Of a DNA stretch of 64,000 bases, positions 38,653 to 47,822 are shown in pieces. The position numbers were made by a program, and so were the translations under genes. The notes beneath the pieces were generated by a model. It ran no database searches and was not told the origin of the DNA. It was given only the letters and a program-made list of their open reading frames with translations. The stretch is taken from IMG/VR virus record IMGVR_UViG_3300025885_000003. One strand, given 5' to 3'. This stretch comes from an uncultured virus (IMG/VR IMGVR_UViG_3300025885_000003). Taxonomy: Duplodnaviria; Heunggongvirae; Uroviricota; Caudoviricetes. The stretch's first letter is position 1. Every line of letters starts with the position of its first letter.

Positions 38653-39347
38653 TGGCTCTCGTTGACGCGAATGGCAATCCTGTGAATACCCCGGCGGAGG
38701 AAATCCAGGTACCGGAGATCGAGTCGGGACTGTCCGAGAACCCCGAGGCCGAAGTCTCTGAACCGGCGCTGCCGCGTGAGATCGATCCCGAGGTGCTGGC
38801 GCAGTTGGAGCGTAATCTGGAGGCGTTCAAGTCCGAGCAGGGCGCGACCGCTTCTGGTTCTGAGGCTGTGGCTGGGCCGAATCTGGACGACTTCGAGTTC
38901 GACCCGGCTCTTGAGCATCTCTACCGTCGTGGCCGTGTCGAAGACGTGGATGATGTGCCTACGTGGGTGACGCCTGAGCACCAATACCTCATCATCGGCG
39001 GCAACTACGGCGGCGAGCGAGGGAAGAGAAACAAGGGTAACGTCCTGATGCGACTGGACGATCAGATTCAGGAGATCACGAATGGACCTGAAGGCATCAT
39101 GTCAATCGCGAACCACGGTTGGCGTCTTTCTGCCGTCATTCCCAACGGAACCGGTATGGGTGTCGCTATCCTGGAGCGCAACATCAAGCGCCCTCTGCCG
39201 TGGCCTGACGCTGTCAAGAAGGAAACGGAAGTCGCGGCTGTCAAGGACGAGGAGCTTCAGCGGATGAACGAGACGGCCCAGGCTTGGGCGGCTGAGCAGC
39301 AGTCACAGGATGCTGGTGAGGCTGCGACGGAGACGCCGGATGCCTGA
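38652..39347 (+). CDS. Acidic hypothetical protein
   Basis: 231 aa; GGAGG SD. Confidence 0.65.
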   Translation: MALVDANGNPVNTPAEEIQVPEIESGLSENPEAEVSEPALPREIDPEVLAQLERNLEAFKSEQGATASGSEAVAGPNLDDFEFDPALEHLYRRGRVEDVDDVPTWVTPEHQYLIIGGNYGGERGKRNKGNVLMRLDDQIQEITNGPEGIMSIANHGWRLSAVIPNGTGMGVAILERNIKRPLPWPDAVKKETEVAAVKDEELQRMNETAQAWAAEQQSQDAGEAATETPDA

Positions 39348-40293
39348 TTTGTATTATGTGAATGTTAGCAGCGTACAAGCATACATGAAATGCCCGTTTA
39401 GGTGGGTTTGCGCCTGGGTTGAGAATCGTGTTCCAGCAGATGATGCTCGACCGCTACGGTTCGGAAAGCTGTTGCATAAGGTCTACGAGCGGCATCAGGC
39501 TGAGGGAATGTCGATGCAGGATGCTCTTGCGTTGTCTCGGTCTGAGTGGCAGACGTTAGCGGCCTTGACGCAACCTGATACGCCTGACTGGTCTGTTGCC
39601 CGTGATGCGCTCGCTGATCTGGAACAAATCTGGGAGCCAATGCTGCTGTGGAAGGACCGTTACCCGTTTGAAATTCCCGTGTTGGAGGCTGAAGCAGCCT
39701 TTACCATGCCACACCCTATGGACGCTAAGATCATCATGCGAGGTCGTCCTGACCGAGCCGGGGTTCACCAGGGCCGTGTTTACCATGTACAGAATCGTTC
39801 CCTCGCGTCGGGCGTGAACTTTCCTCTGTACTTAGAGTTACAGAAACGTAGTTACCATGAGCATCTGTACGGTGCATGGTTGGCACAGAAATATCCACAG
39901 TACGAGCTTGGTGGTACCTTCTATAATCTGTATCGCAAGCTTAAGTACCGGAAGAAGGCTACTGTTAAGCAGGTTGCTGCTGGGGAACCCGGTGATATCC
40001 TGCACCCGATCTCCGAATTGTTCTGGCAGCATCCGATGACAATTGACTTGAAGTCATCGTTACACGAGCATGTAATGAAGTCGTTGCTCCAGCATATCCA
40101 TGCTATGCAGGAAACGGAAAGACGGTACAGGGAAGACGGAGTAGTTCCACCGCCGAACGAATCGATTCATGGTGGACCTTACGGCAACAGCGTCGATCCC
40201 TACTATCGTGTTTTGACAGGAGAGATCGAGTTGTCAGATGATCAGTATTTCAAAAACCGCGAAAGCACTTACGCAGTAACCGAGGAGGCGTAA
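39340..40293 (+). CDS. PD-(D/E)XK exonuclease (RecB/Cas4-like recombination nuclease)
   Basis: SSVQAYMKCPFRW; FGKLLH; E..F; RGRPD; the KT motif is atypical (QNRS). Confidence 0.75.
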   Translation: MPDLYYVNVSSVQAYMKCPFRWVCAWVENRVPADDARPLRFGKLLHKVYERHQAEGMSMQDALALSRSEWQTLAALTQPDTPDWSVARDALADLEQIWEPMLLWKDRYPFEIPVLEAEAAFTMPHPMDAKIIMRGRPDRAGVHQGRVYHVQNRSLASGVNFPLYLELQKRSYHEHLYGAWLAQKYPQYELGGTFYNLYRKLKYRKKATVKQVAAGEPGDILHPISELFWQHPMTIDLKSSLHEHVMKSLLQHIHAMQETERRYREDGVVPPPNESIHGGPYGNSVDPYYRVLTGEIELSDDQYFKNRESTYAVTEEA

Positions 40294-40294
40294 C

Positions 40295-40501
40295 ATGGGT
40301 ACCACGCTGAAGGTTGGACGCAAGACGATTACGTACACGATCACGACGAATGGTTACGCCTTCTTCTTCTTCGTTGAGATTTCTGAGAACAAGGTCTTCG
40401 CTGGCTATCTGCGCAGCAATCGCGGTGACATTCGGTTCTTCACGTCCCGTAGCGGTGCGCGTAAGGCGATCTCTCGGGCGGTTGGAAACACGGCTTGGTA
40501 A
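40295..40501 (+). CDS. Small hypothetical protein
   Basis: GGAGG SD. Confidence 0.5.
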   Translation: MGTTLKVGRKTITYTITTNGYAFFFFVEISENKVFAGYLRSNRGDIRFFTSRSGARKAISRAVGNTAW

Positions 40502-40896
40502 TGAAGAAAACGGAGATTGCACGGGCGGCCGGGCTTTTTGATGGCGAGGGCACTGTAGGAGCATATCGAAGATGGGGTGAGAAGAGTGCTTTTGCAGTCA
40601 TGCTTCGTATTGGAATGACTACTCGCCGTGATGTAGCCCGGTTCGCTCGAATATTTTCACTCCGAATATACAAGAATGGTAGAATGTATTTTGTCGCACT
40701 CAGGAGTCAGCGAGCCGGACAAGTACTTCGCATACTCCGTCCTTTCTCAACGGGGAAACGCGCTCAGATGGAATTGGCGCTCCGCATCTTATCTAGGCAA
40801 CAGCAGCATGGTTCTGGTGGTCGCGGTTACACAAAGAAAGAATACCAGTGGATGGAACGGGCAGCGGATAAACTTAGGGAGATGAAACGTGTTTGA
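40501..40896 (+). CDS. LAGLIDADG homing endonuclease
   Basis: RAAGLFDGEG; IGMT; LRPF..KR.Q. Confidence 0.85.
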   Translation: MKKTEIARAAGLFDGEGTVGAYRRWGEKSAFAVMLRIGMTTRRDVARFARIFSLRIYKNGRMYFVALRSQRAGQVLRILRPFSTGKRAQMELALRILSRQQQHGSGGRGYTKKEYQWMERAADKLREMKRV

Positions 40897-41956
40897 TAAA
40901 GTCGCCATACGCCGTCTCTGGTATATTCTTCCTCATCCTCCGGGGATGACCGTTCGGTGGTTCGCTAAATCATTAGACGGGACCACTAAGTGGGGCGGAT
41001 TTGTAGATACAGCCGACGAACTGATTAACGCAGCGATTCATTGTCCGGCCATGAATTTCTACGTCTGCCCAAACCCAGCGACATCACGATCTGGTATACG
41101 GCATAGTACGAAGGACGTAGGATGTTGGTCTTACTTTCTTTTGGATGTGGACCCCGTGGTGAAAACTGACTTCGATCCACGGCCGCTCATGGAAGAGGCA
41201 CTCACGCTACTGAGTGGCTGGTGGGGCAAGGACCTTGTGACGGCTCAGGGACGTAGACCGATCATCATCGACAGCGGGCGAGGGTTACAGTCTTGGATTC
41301 GTCTTCCGGATCATGTGCTCACAACTTGTGATGGAACACTCCGTCCAGAACACATAGATGCAGTATGGCGAGAACAGATCGACGGTATTCCATCATTCGA
41401 CCGTCGTGTTGCTCGTCTTACCATGCGCTACTGGTTGGAGAAGTTGGATGCTCGACTCGGCGAACGTAATGGGTGCCGAATCGACACCACTTGCTCCGAT
41501 CTTCCCAGGCCAATGAGATGTCCGGGAACAGTTAATGTTAAGACCGGGAAATATGCGGCGTTTGTAAACGACGCTGATCATGTGTACACGGACCTAGCAC
41601 GACTCGTAGTAAGTCTCGTTCCCAATGACAAGTTCAGGATCGAACCTGTCCCCTCGCTGGCTCCTGGGGCGGTCTGGCAGGATGTATTCGTCCATCTGAC
41701 TGTCAAGGCGCAGAACTATCTGACGCGGGGTAAGCTCGACCCAGGGCGGCACGAAACGATGTGGCACACGGCGCGCTGTCTCGCGGAGCGAGGGCTGACC
41801 AGGGAAGCGGTGCGCGAGGCTATCGAGTACGCAAATCAGAAACACGGACCGGATAAAGAATTAACACCGGAAGATGTCCAGCACGCCCTCGATACAGCCT
41901 TTAAGGACTTGACTTTGGCCGAGGAATCTGATACAGTTCCTCCCTCAACCCCCTAA
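40889..41956 (+). CDS. RepB/AEP-type DNA primase with PriCT-like C-terminus
   Basis: FYVCPNP; LLDVD; IDSGRGLQ; D..R.MRCPGTVN.K; GRHETM. Confidence 0.8.
   Translation: MFDKVAIRRLWYILPHPPGMTVRWFAKSLDGTTKWGGFVDTADELINAAIHCPAMNFYVCPNPATSRSGIRHSTKDVGCWSYFLLDVDPVVKTDFDPRPLMEEALTLLSGWWGKDLVTAQGRRPIIIDSGRGLQSWIRLPDHVLTTCDGTLRPEHIDAVWREQIDGIPSFDRRVARLTMRYWLEKLDARLGERNGCRIDTTCSDLPRPMRCPGTVNVKTGKYAAFVNDADHVYTDLARLVVSLVPNDKFRIEPVPSLAPGAVWQDVFVHLTVKAQNYLTRGKLDPGRHETMWHTARCLAERGLTREAVREAIEYANQKHGPDKELTPEDVQHALDTAFKDLTLAEESDTVPPSTP
41909..41937 (+). promoter_or_regulatory. Sigma70-like promoter for the recombination/replication genes
   Basis: TTGACT-17 nt-TACAGT with extended TG; AGGAGG SD follows. Confidence 0.55.
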
Positions 41957-41970
41957 CGTAGGAGGCATCA

Positions 41971-42855
41971 GTGGCACTGACGCTGTTCAACGCGCAGGAC
42001 CAGTCAACGAAGCGTGAGCGGATCATCATTTACAGTGATCCTGGGCTGGGCAAGTCCCGGCTTATGCTTTCGCTGACGCCCCGGTTCGGCAACATTCTGT
42101 ATTACGCAGCAGACGATAACTCGGAGTTCCTGGACTCGATTAGCGAAGACAAGATGGGCCGTGTCTTCGTGATCAAGCCGGGCGGCGACGACGATATCGT
42201 GAACTTCCAGTCGTTCTGTGAGACCGATTGGAAGGGCATGGAAGGTACGGTACTCGCGGACGGCCGCGTGTTCCCCAAGATCGACACTATCGTGGTTGAT
42301 ACGTACACGACCGTGGTCGAGCGGACGCTTCAGGCAACGGCAGAGCAGGGACTGGCTGGTGCGGAGAAGCACTTCAAGGTCGGCGATCCGAAGGGTGAGG
42401 GCGGCATCACGATCCCGAACCGTGGCGATTACCGAGGTAACGACAGCCTTTCGATGGGCTTCCTCGATACGCTCTTCGACAAACAGCGCGACTTCCACAT
42501 CATCTTCGGCTGCCATGAGACGCTGAAGTATATCGAGGATGTCTGTGTCGGTGGCGGTCCGGCTCATCCTGGGCGGCGTATGCTGAAGGAACTGCCTGCG
42601 CGGTTCAGTACGGTGATCCGGCTGATCCGTGATACGGTAGAGATTCCGGAGCCGGAGTTCCATGTTGAGAATGTTGTTATCGCCGTTACGGAGAACGACG
42701 GGCAGTTCATTGCGAAGACAAGGACGAAGGATGAATCGGAAAAGAGTCCGCTCGCACGAGTGATCCTGGATCGGAATCCGATCAATTTCTGGCAGAAATA
42801 TGATGCAATCTACGCACCTAAGACGGTGCAAACCGAGGAGAACAGCAATGTCTGA
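41971..42855 (+). CDS. AAA_24/Sak4-like ATPase
   Basis: IYSDPGLGKS; TIVVDT; IIFGCHE. Confidence 0.8.
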   Translation: MALTLFNAQDQSTKRERIIIYSDPGLGKSRLMLSLTPRFGNILYYAADDNSEFLDSISEDKMGRVFVIKPGGDDDIVNFQSFCETDWKGMEGTVLADGRVFPKIDTIVVDTYTTVVERTLQATAEQGLAGAEKHFKVGDPKGEGGITIPNRGDYRGNDSLSMGFLDTLFDKQRDFHIIFGCHETLKYIEDVCVGGGPAHPGRRMLKELPARFSTVIRLIRDTVEIPEPEFHVENVVIAVTENDGQFIAKTRTKDESEKSPLARVILDRNPINFWQKYDAIYAPKTVQTEENSNV

Positions 42856-43450
42856 TGTCAAGGTTCCTGTAACGTTTGGTGTTTCTGCGGCCTCGTCTGC
42901 CCGTGCGAAGGCATCGCTCGATCCGAATCTGTACGCTCCGAAGGACGCGAAGTCCACGACGGACAAGAACGGTAAGGTCTACCGGCGCTGGACTGAGTCG
43001 GGTGTTATCGATCAGGTGTGGTCGGAGACGACGAAGGGTGAGGGCAACAAGCCAAAGCTGGCCGTGTTCGTGGTCGCTGTGCGGTTCCGTCCGGGCGAGC
43101 CGAATCAGAACAAGCTGGGCTGGTTCCGTCTTATGTTCCATCCTGGTATTGCCTCGGGTCAGGCCGTCAGCGATGCCGTGCGCAAGAGCTACGAGGGCAT
43201 GACGGAGCGGAATCTCGCGTCGCTCATCTCGCTTCTTGAGGTGGCGGGCAAGATGCCTGCCAGCGGTGAACTGAACCCGGCGCTGCTGGGTGCGCTGTTC
43301 CCGTCGAAGGGCCAGTCGAGTTCGCTGAGTGGTACGCAGGTTACCGTCAAGATTTGCCAGTCGCCCAACGAGGGCGGGCAGCGTGAGCTTCAGGAGGTTG
43401 CTGAGGTCTTCCTGTCTGCGAAGGCTGTCGGAGTGACGGAAGCGAAGTAA
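42848..43450 (+). CDS. Putative single-stranded DNA-binding protein
   Basis: Follows the Sak4-like gene; beta-rich OB-like pattern. Confidence 0.5.
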   Translation: MSDVKVPVTFGVSAASSARAKASLDPNLYAPKDAKSTTDKNGKVYRRWTESGVIDQVWSETTKGEGNKPKLAVFVVAVRFRPGEPNQNKLGWFRLMFHPGIASGQAVSDAVRKSYEGMTERNLASLISLLEVAGKMPASGELNPALLGALFPSKGQSSSLSGTQVTVKICQSPNEGGQRELQEVAEVFLSAKAVGVTEAK

Positions 43451-43465
43451 TCAGTTGTCGGGAAT

Positions 43466-43533
43466 TCTCGCCAAGTCTGAAGACTATAACCGGGGGCGAG
43501 ACACGGGGCAGGAGGGGTTAGGCTGCTCCACCA
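43466..43533 (+). ncRNA. Candidate structured RNA (branched hairpin, pseudoknot, acceptor-stem-like helix with ACCA)
   Basis: TCTCGCC/GGCGAGA; AGTC/GACT; TAACC/GGTTA; GGGGCAG/CTGCTCC-ACCA. Confidence 0.45.
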
Positions 43534-43548
43534 ACTTTAGGAGTACAC

Positions 43549-43989
43549 ATGACGTTAGCTGAGCGTGGTTGGGTTGCGGGGATCATCGATGGTGAGGGAT
43601 GTATCTATCTACATCCAAGACACCATAGTGCATCTACATTCCATCTACGACTCAAAGTAGCTATGACGCACAAGGTCACGATATTAGCTTTACGTAAACT
43701 AACCGGTGGTGGTGCGATACAAAGAGTACGACGACCAGGAACAAAGTGGAAGGACTCTTACGTTTGGGACAACAGTACGCAGGTCGCGGCTGCTGTTCTT
43801 CGTCAAGTTCTACCTTTTCTACGAACAAAGCATCGACAGGCGGTTCTGGCAATCAGTTTTGCGGAAGACCGCGCGCGAGTCGGTGGTGGTGGTAAGGGTA
43901 CCGCACAACGTAAGAAGGCGGCAGCTTCTAAGCGCAGACAAATGACGGCCTATCGCCATATGCGGAAGCTGAATCGAAAGGGTAGGTAG
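43549..43989 (+). CDS. LAGLIDADG homing endonuclease
   Basis: WVAGIIDGEGCI; VAMT; GGG; YVW; LPFLRTK..QA; LNRKG. Confidence 0.88.
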   Translation: MTLAERGWVAGIIDGEGCIYLHPRHHSASTFHLRLKVAMTHKVTILALRKLTGGGAIQRVRRPGTKWKDSYVWDNSTQVAAAVLRQVLPFLRTKHRQAVLAISFAEDRARVGGGGKGTAQRKKAAASKRRQMTAYRHMRKLNRKGR

Positions 43990-43992
43990 CAT

Positions 43993-44967
43993 ACGAACGG
44001 ACCTCAGACACAGGCGTTTGTAAAAGATAATTTGTTTACTCGCCTGATTAACCGCATCTCAGAGATCAACGCCAGTGAGGGTAAGCCCGCTGGTCGTGCA
44101 TTGACGCAGGCGGCCGAGCATTTTGTCTCAGCCATCCCCGCGAGTCGAGTGCGGTCGCTTAGTCCGCAGGCTGCTGCACGCCTGGACTTCGTGCCGCCGC
44201 CGCTGTCTCCGGACGAGATTTCGAACGCGAATGCTACCGCTGCCCATCTGGGTGTCGGTGGAATGGACGAGCATGACTTGCTGCCTCCGGGCATGCGTGG
44301 TCAGAACACGGATACGAGCGGTGGTCCGAGCGAGGAGGAACTGGAAGCCATGCTTCCGTCCCGATTTCGTTCTAGTCCTGCCTCCGCACCAGGAAATCCT
44401 GCGCAGGAACGGATGGGTGGAGTAGACCTTCCCTCGGGGCGTCCTATGCACGAGGCCCGAGGGATGTTCGTGTCCAAGGGTATGCCCGACTTCCGGAAGA
44501 TTCAGGGATTCAATCTGGAGCGTGGCGTTGCTATCGTGGACGGGATCGAGTTCCCAATTCCGGATGAAGACGTAAAAGACATGAAGAAATTCGCCCTCCA
44601 TATTGTGCTGGACAATATGGTGGTGCAGGTTGCCTCGGCTCTGGTTGAAATTGGAGTTCCCCAGGAGATGGCTGACAAAGCAGCGCAGTCTCTTCGTGAT
44701 GCAGCGGCGGCAGCTACGCCAGGAGCAATGACGAATGAACGATCCAGCAGCAGAGAAGGTGTGTCCACAGTGTCTCCAGTCTCTACCACTGACAGCGTTC
44801 CACAAGGACGTGACGCAGAAGACGGGTCGGCACAGTTGGTGCAGACAATGCACGAAACAGACGACCAGAACACGGACGCTAGCTGGCTCTTGGCAGACAG
44901 AGAAGCACAAGGAGAGGAACCGCCGATTCAAGGGGACGATAGCGGGAGTAGCGACGAGCCTTCGTAG
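43993..44967 (+). CDS. Hypothetical protein; start uncertain (ACG 43993 or TTG 44032)
   Basis: Frame is open from the upstream TAG; about 320 aa. Confidence 0.55.
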   Translation, partial: TNGPQTQAFVKDNLFTRLINRISEINASEGKPAGRALTQAAEHFVSAIPASRVRSLSPQAAARLDFVPPPLSPDEISNANATAAHLGVGGMDEHDLLPPGMRGQNTDTSGGPSEEELEAMLPSRFRSSPASAPGNPAQERMGGVDLPSGRPMHEARGMFVSKGMPDFRKIQGFNLERGVAIVDGIEFPIPDEDVKDMKKFALHIVLDNMVVQVASALVEIGVPQEMADKAAQSLRDAAAAATPGAMTNERSSSREGVSTVSPVSTTDSVPQGRDAEDGSAQLVQTMHETDDQNTDASWLLADREAQGEEPPIQGDDSGSSDEPS

Positions 44968-45373
44968 TCAGCATGATTACAGTCGGCCTGACTCTCTTGT
45001 CCTTGCTGCGACGCTCATGCACCGTAATACACGGTGTCAGATTTGTGGCATCCCGCTCTATTTTCTCCGTCTCTTGAAGTTCTGGCCACAAGGTGGCGAG
45101 AGAATGAATCGACGCATGACGGCCGATCATATTCAGCCTAACGGACCTTCGACACTTGCGAACACGCGCCCACTTTGTTCTTCCTGCAATCGGAAGCGCG
45201 GGCATGCACAGTTCACGGATGTCGAAGTTCTTCGTTACATGACGTGGTGGTACACAACAAATTTCGCCCCGCGCCTTCTGTGGTGGCTGAATACTAGCCC
45301 AGGTGAAGGTGGTAGATTACACCGGACTGCGGGCACTGAATCTACGGATAGGAGACTCGATGGCAATTCGTGA
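44735..45373 (+). CDS. HNH endonuclease
   Basis: CPQC…CRQC; CQICG; TADHIQP…NTRPLCSSCNRKRG. Confidence 0.85.
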   Translation: MNDPAAEKVCPQCLQSLPLTAFHKDVTQKTGRHSWCRQCTKQTTRTRTLAGSWQTEKHKERNRRFKGTIAGVATSLRSQHDYSRPDSLVLAATLMHRNTRCQICGIPLYFLRLLKFWPQGGERMNRRMTADHIQPNGPSTLANTRPLCSSCNRKRGHAQFTDVEVLRYMTWWYTTNFAPRLLWWLNTSPGEGGRLHRTAGTESTDRRLDGNS

Positions 45374-47822
45374 ACCAGACTATGCAGAGGGTCGAGTCGA
45401 TGCTCCCTTCCTCTTCGTCTTCAGCCATAAACCATCTGAAGGCATGAACGCATGGTTCCTTCAGAAGCTTCTTGACTGCGGTATCGATAAGCTTGATTGT
45501 CGCTTCATCTACATGTTGGACGGTCCACCTAAGGGTGGCCACGGTAAGCCGGTTAAGGAACAGACTCGTGGCTCGTGGAACCGGTTTCAGGCCGAGGTCC
45601 GCGATTCCAACCCTCGCGTCGTCGTGCCCCTCGGGTCAGATGCACTATATGCGCTGACGGGTATCCGGCAGCACATCGCGGACAGTCGTGGGTACCTGAT
45701 CACGAAGGACTTTTTCCGCAACGCTGTCCATGACGAGTTCATCCAGATCGGCACATACAAGGCTGCCAGCAAGGCTACTGGTGCGAAGAAGGGTGACGCG
45801 AAGATGGCGTGGAAGGAAGTCACGGCGGACGGTCTTCTCGGAGCGAATTTCACTGGACACGTCATTCCGATGTTCCAGCTTGACCAGATTCGCATGGAGG
45901 GCTTCGCTGCCTCTGCTGCTGTGAATGCGGACCTAGATAGGGCTCGCCGAGCGTACGAGGGGAACCTCGATCTGATCGACACGGTATTCGTTTACGAGAC
46001 CACTCTTACGCACACACTCCAGTCGCACGACTGGGGTACTGTGATCGCCGTTGACATCGAGACGCATGGTGTGGACAATGAAGTCCTCGATTGTGTCTCC
46101 ATCTCAGACGGCGATATGTCAGCTACGCTCAAGTGGTCTATCCCGGTTCGGGAGTTTCTGACCCGGCTGTTTGCGCTGCCCGGTCACATCTTTGCGCTGC
46201 ATAACTCACAGTTCGACCTCCCTCGGCTCGTCCAGGCTGGGGTCATTATCCCAGATCACACGCTGCGATATCAGGTCTTCGACACGATGCTCGCGGGCGT
46301 GGTCATTCAGCCGGACCTTCTCAAGGGTCTTGGCAAGATGACGACTGTCTACCTCGACACGACTCCGTGGAAGTGGCGTCTACTGTCTGCCGCTGATCCA
46401 GAGTTCTACTCTGCCAAGGATGCTTTTGTCACGGCACGCCTTGCCATTAATCTAATCCAGATCATGAAAGACCTGGGTACGTGGAATCTGTTCATGGGTC
46501 AAGGTGGACATCCTGGGCCAGGGCAGATGGCAACCATTCCTACCCTTACGCGCGTGACGCGCGAGGGCATTCGGATCGACCGTGGCGCGGCTGAACTGTG
46601 GTGCCACAGGCTACGTCGGCAGTTGCTACGCCTACTGAAGCTGTGGAACAAGACTTTCCCGACGTATCGCCCATCTAGCACGAAAGAACTGCGCGAACTA
46701 TTCTACAAGGAGTGGAACCTCCCGATCCAGAAGACTCTCGCGGAGGGCATCAGTACGGATGAACTAGCGTGCATGCGTCTACGAGAGTACACGAAGATGT
46801 ACGCTACCTCGCCTAGCACAGCGCGCGAGGGATGGCGAACGGACCCCCGCTTCCATCCGCGTGTATTCGACTTGCTGCTGGCGATTCGTAACGTGTCGAA
46901 ACAGTTGGGAACCTACGCTCAGCCAGTTGCAGAGAGCGGACAGACTCGTGTATATCCGTCGTACCTACCCGCACCGAATCGCACTGAGCGGGACGGGCTG
47001 GAAGGCAGCAAGGGTAATACATCTACAGGGCGGCTTGCGTCGTCTAATCCGAATATCCAGAATCAGCCGAAGCGGGCTCGCTGGATGTACGTACCGGATG
47101 CAGATGACATGTGCTTCCTCCAGGCTGACTACACGCGCGCTGAACCGTACGTCATGGCGTACATGGCGAACGACAAGAACATGATCGCGGACTTGAACTC
47201 AGGTGATCTTTACCAGCGGTTGCTTGAGCGTCTGTCTGGTATGGGTTACAAGGGATTGACCAGGAAGTCGTGTAAGAACGTGTTCCTTGCTGGCCAGTAC
47301 CTTGCCGGTGCCGCGAAGGTGTCTGAGATGATCCTGAAGCAGGATCATACGTTCATCGAGCCGTCTGTCTGTAAGGGGATTCTGCATGGTATCGCAACAG
47401 CACATAGTGACGTGGCTGCGTACAAACAATATCTGGTTCAGTGTGCCCAGCCACCAGACGAGGGTGGACAGGGTTACGTACGCAACCCCTTTGGACGTGT
47501 CCGTTTCTTCTATGACGGTCGTGGTCCTGCTGCCGTAGACTTCATCCCGCAGAGCACGGTTGCTGACATCCTTTGGTGTGTGTTGATGGAGGTAGACGAG
47601 GTGGCACGTTCCCTCGGGGGCCGTTTCACGCTGACCGTACATGACTCGGTCCTTGTCCAGGTGCCGAAGCAGCATGTGGCTACGATGGCGAGTGAGATGC
47701 GGAGGATCATGGAGCGGCCGTTCGATTGCGTGAAGGAGGGCTTTAGCATCCCGGTTGAGTTCGAGGCTGCTGGTCCCGGCGAGTCGTGGGGTGCTGTGAA
47801 GGCGTATAAGGTGGCGGCATGA
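45360..47822 (+). CDS. polA: Family A DNA polymerase with N-terminal UDG-like and 3'-5' exonuclease domains
   Basis: PRVVVPLGSDAL (UDG-like); DIET, HNSQFD, DTML, YSAKD; TGRLASSNPNIQNQP; DYTRAE; R..CK….Y; HDS. Confidence 0.92.
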   Translation: MAIREPDYAEGRVDAPFLFVFSHKPSEGMNAWFLQKLLDCGIDKLDCRFIYMLDGPPKGGHGKPVKEQTRGSWNRFQAEVRDSNPRVVVPLGSDALYALTGIRQHIADSRGYLITKDFFRNAVHDEFIQIGTYKAASKATGAKKGDAKMAWKEVTADGLLGANFTGHVIPMFQLDQIRMEGFAASAAVNADLDRARRAYEGNLDLIDTVFVYETTLTHTLQSHDWGTVIAVDIETHGVDNEVLDCVSISDGDMSATLKWSIPVREFLTRLFALPGHIFALHNSQFDLPRLVQAGVIIPDHTLRYQVFDTMLAGVVIQPDLLKGLGKMTTVYLDTTPWKWRLLSAADPEFYSAKDAFVTARLAINLIQIMKDLGTWNLFMGQGGHPGPGQMATIPTLTRVTREGIRIDRGAAELWCHRLRRQLLRLLKLWNKTFPTYRPSSTKELRELFYKEWNLPIQKTLAEGISTDELACMRLREYTKMYATSPSTAREGWRTDPRFHPRVFDLLLAIRNVSKQLGTYAQPVAESGQTRVYPSYLPAPNRTERDGLEGSKGNTSTGRLASSNPNIQNQPKRARWMYVPDADDMCFLQADYTRAEPYVMAYMANDKNMIADLNSGDLYQRLLERLSGMGYKGLTRKSCKNVFLAGQYLAGAAKVSEMILKQDHTFIEPSVCKGILHGIATAHSDVAAYKQYLVQCAQPPDEGGQGYVRNPFGRVRFFYDGRGPAAVDFIPQSTVADILWCVLMEVDEVARSLGGRFTLTVHDSVLVQVPKQHVATMASEMRRIMERPFDCVKEGFSIPVEFEAAGPGESWGAVKAYKVAA

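Noticed and set aside
39340..40293. Cas4-like nuclease as part of a CRISPR system
   Set aside because: There is no array or other cas gene; the Sak4/SSB context indicates a recombination exonuclease.
43505..43533. Full tRNA or tmRNA gene
   Set aside because: There are no D, anticodon or T arms and no tag ORF. It is kept only as a microhelix-like candidate.
43987..43989. Genome-wide amber (TAG) recoding
   Set aside because: TAG ends several clear genes (for example 1667, 2944, 51856, 52210), long genes are intact in code 11, and no suppressor tRNA was seen. The capsid TAG is explained by the intron.
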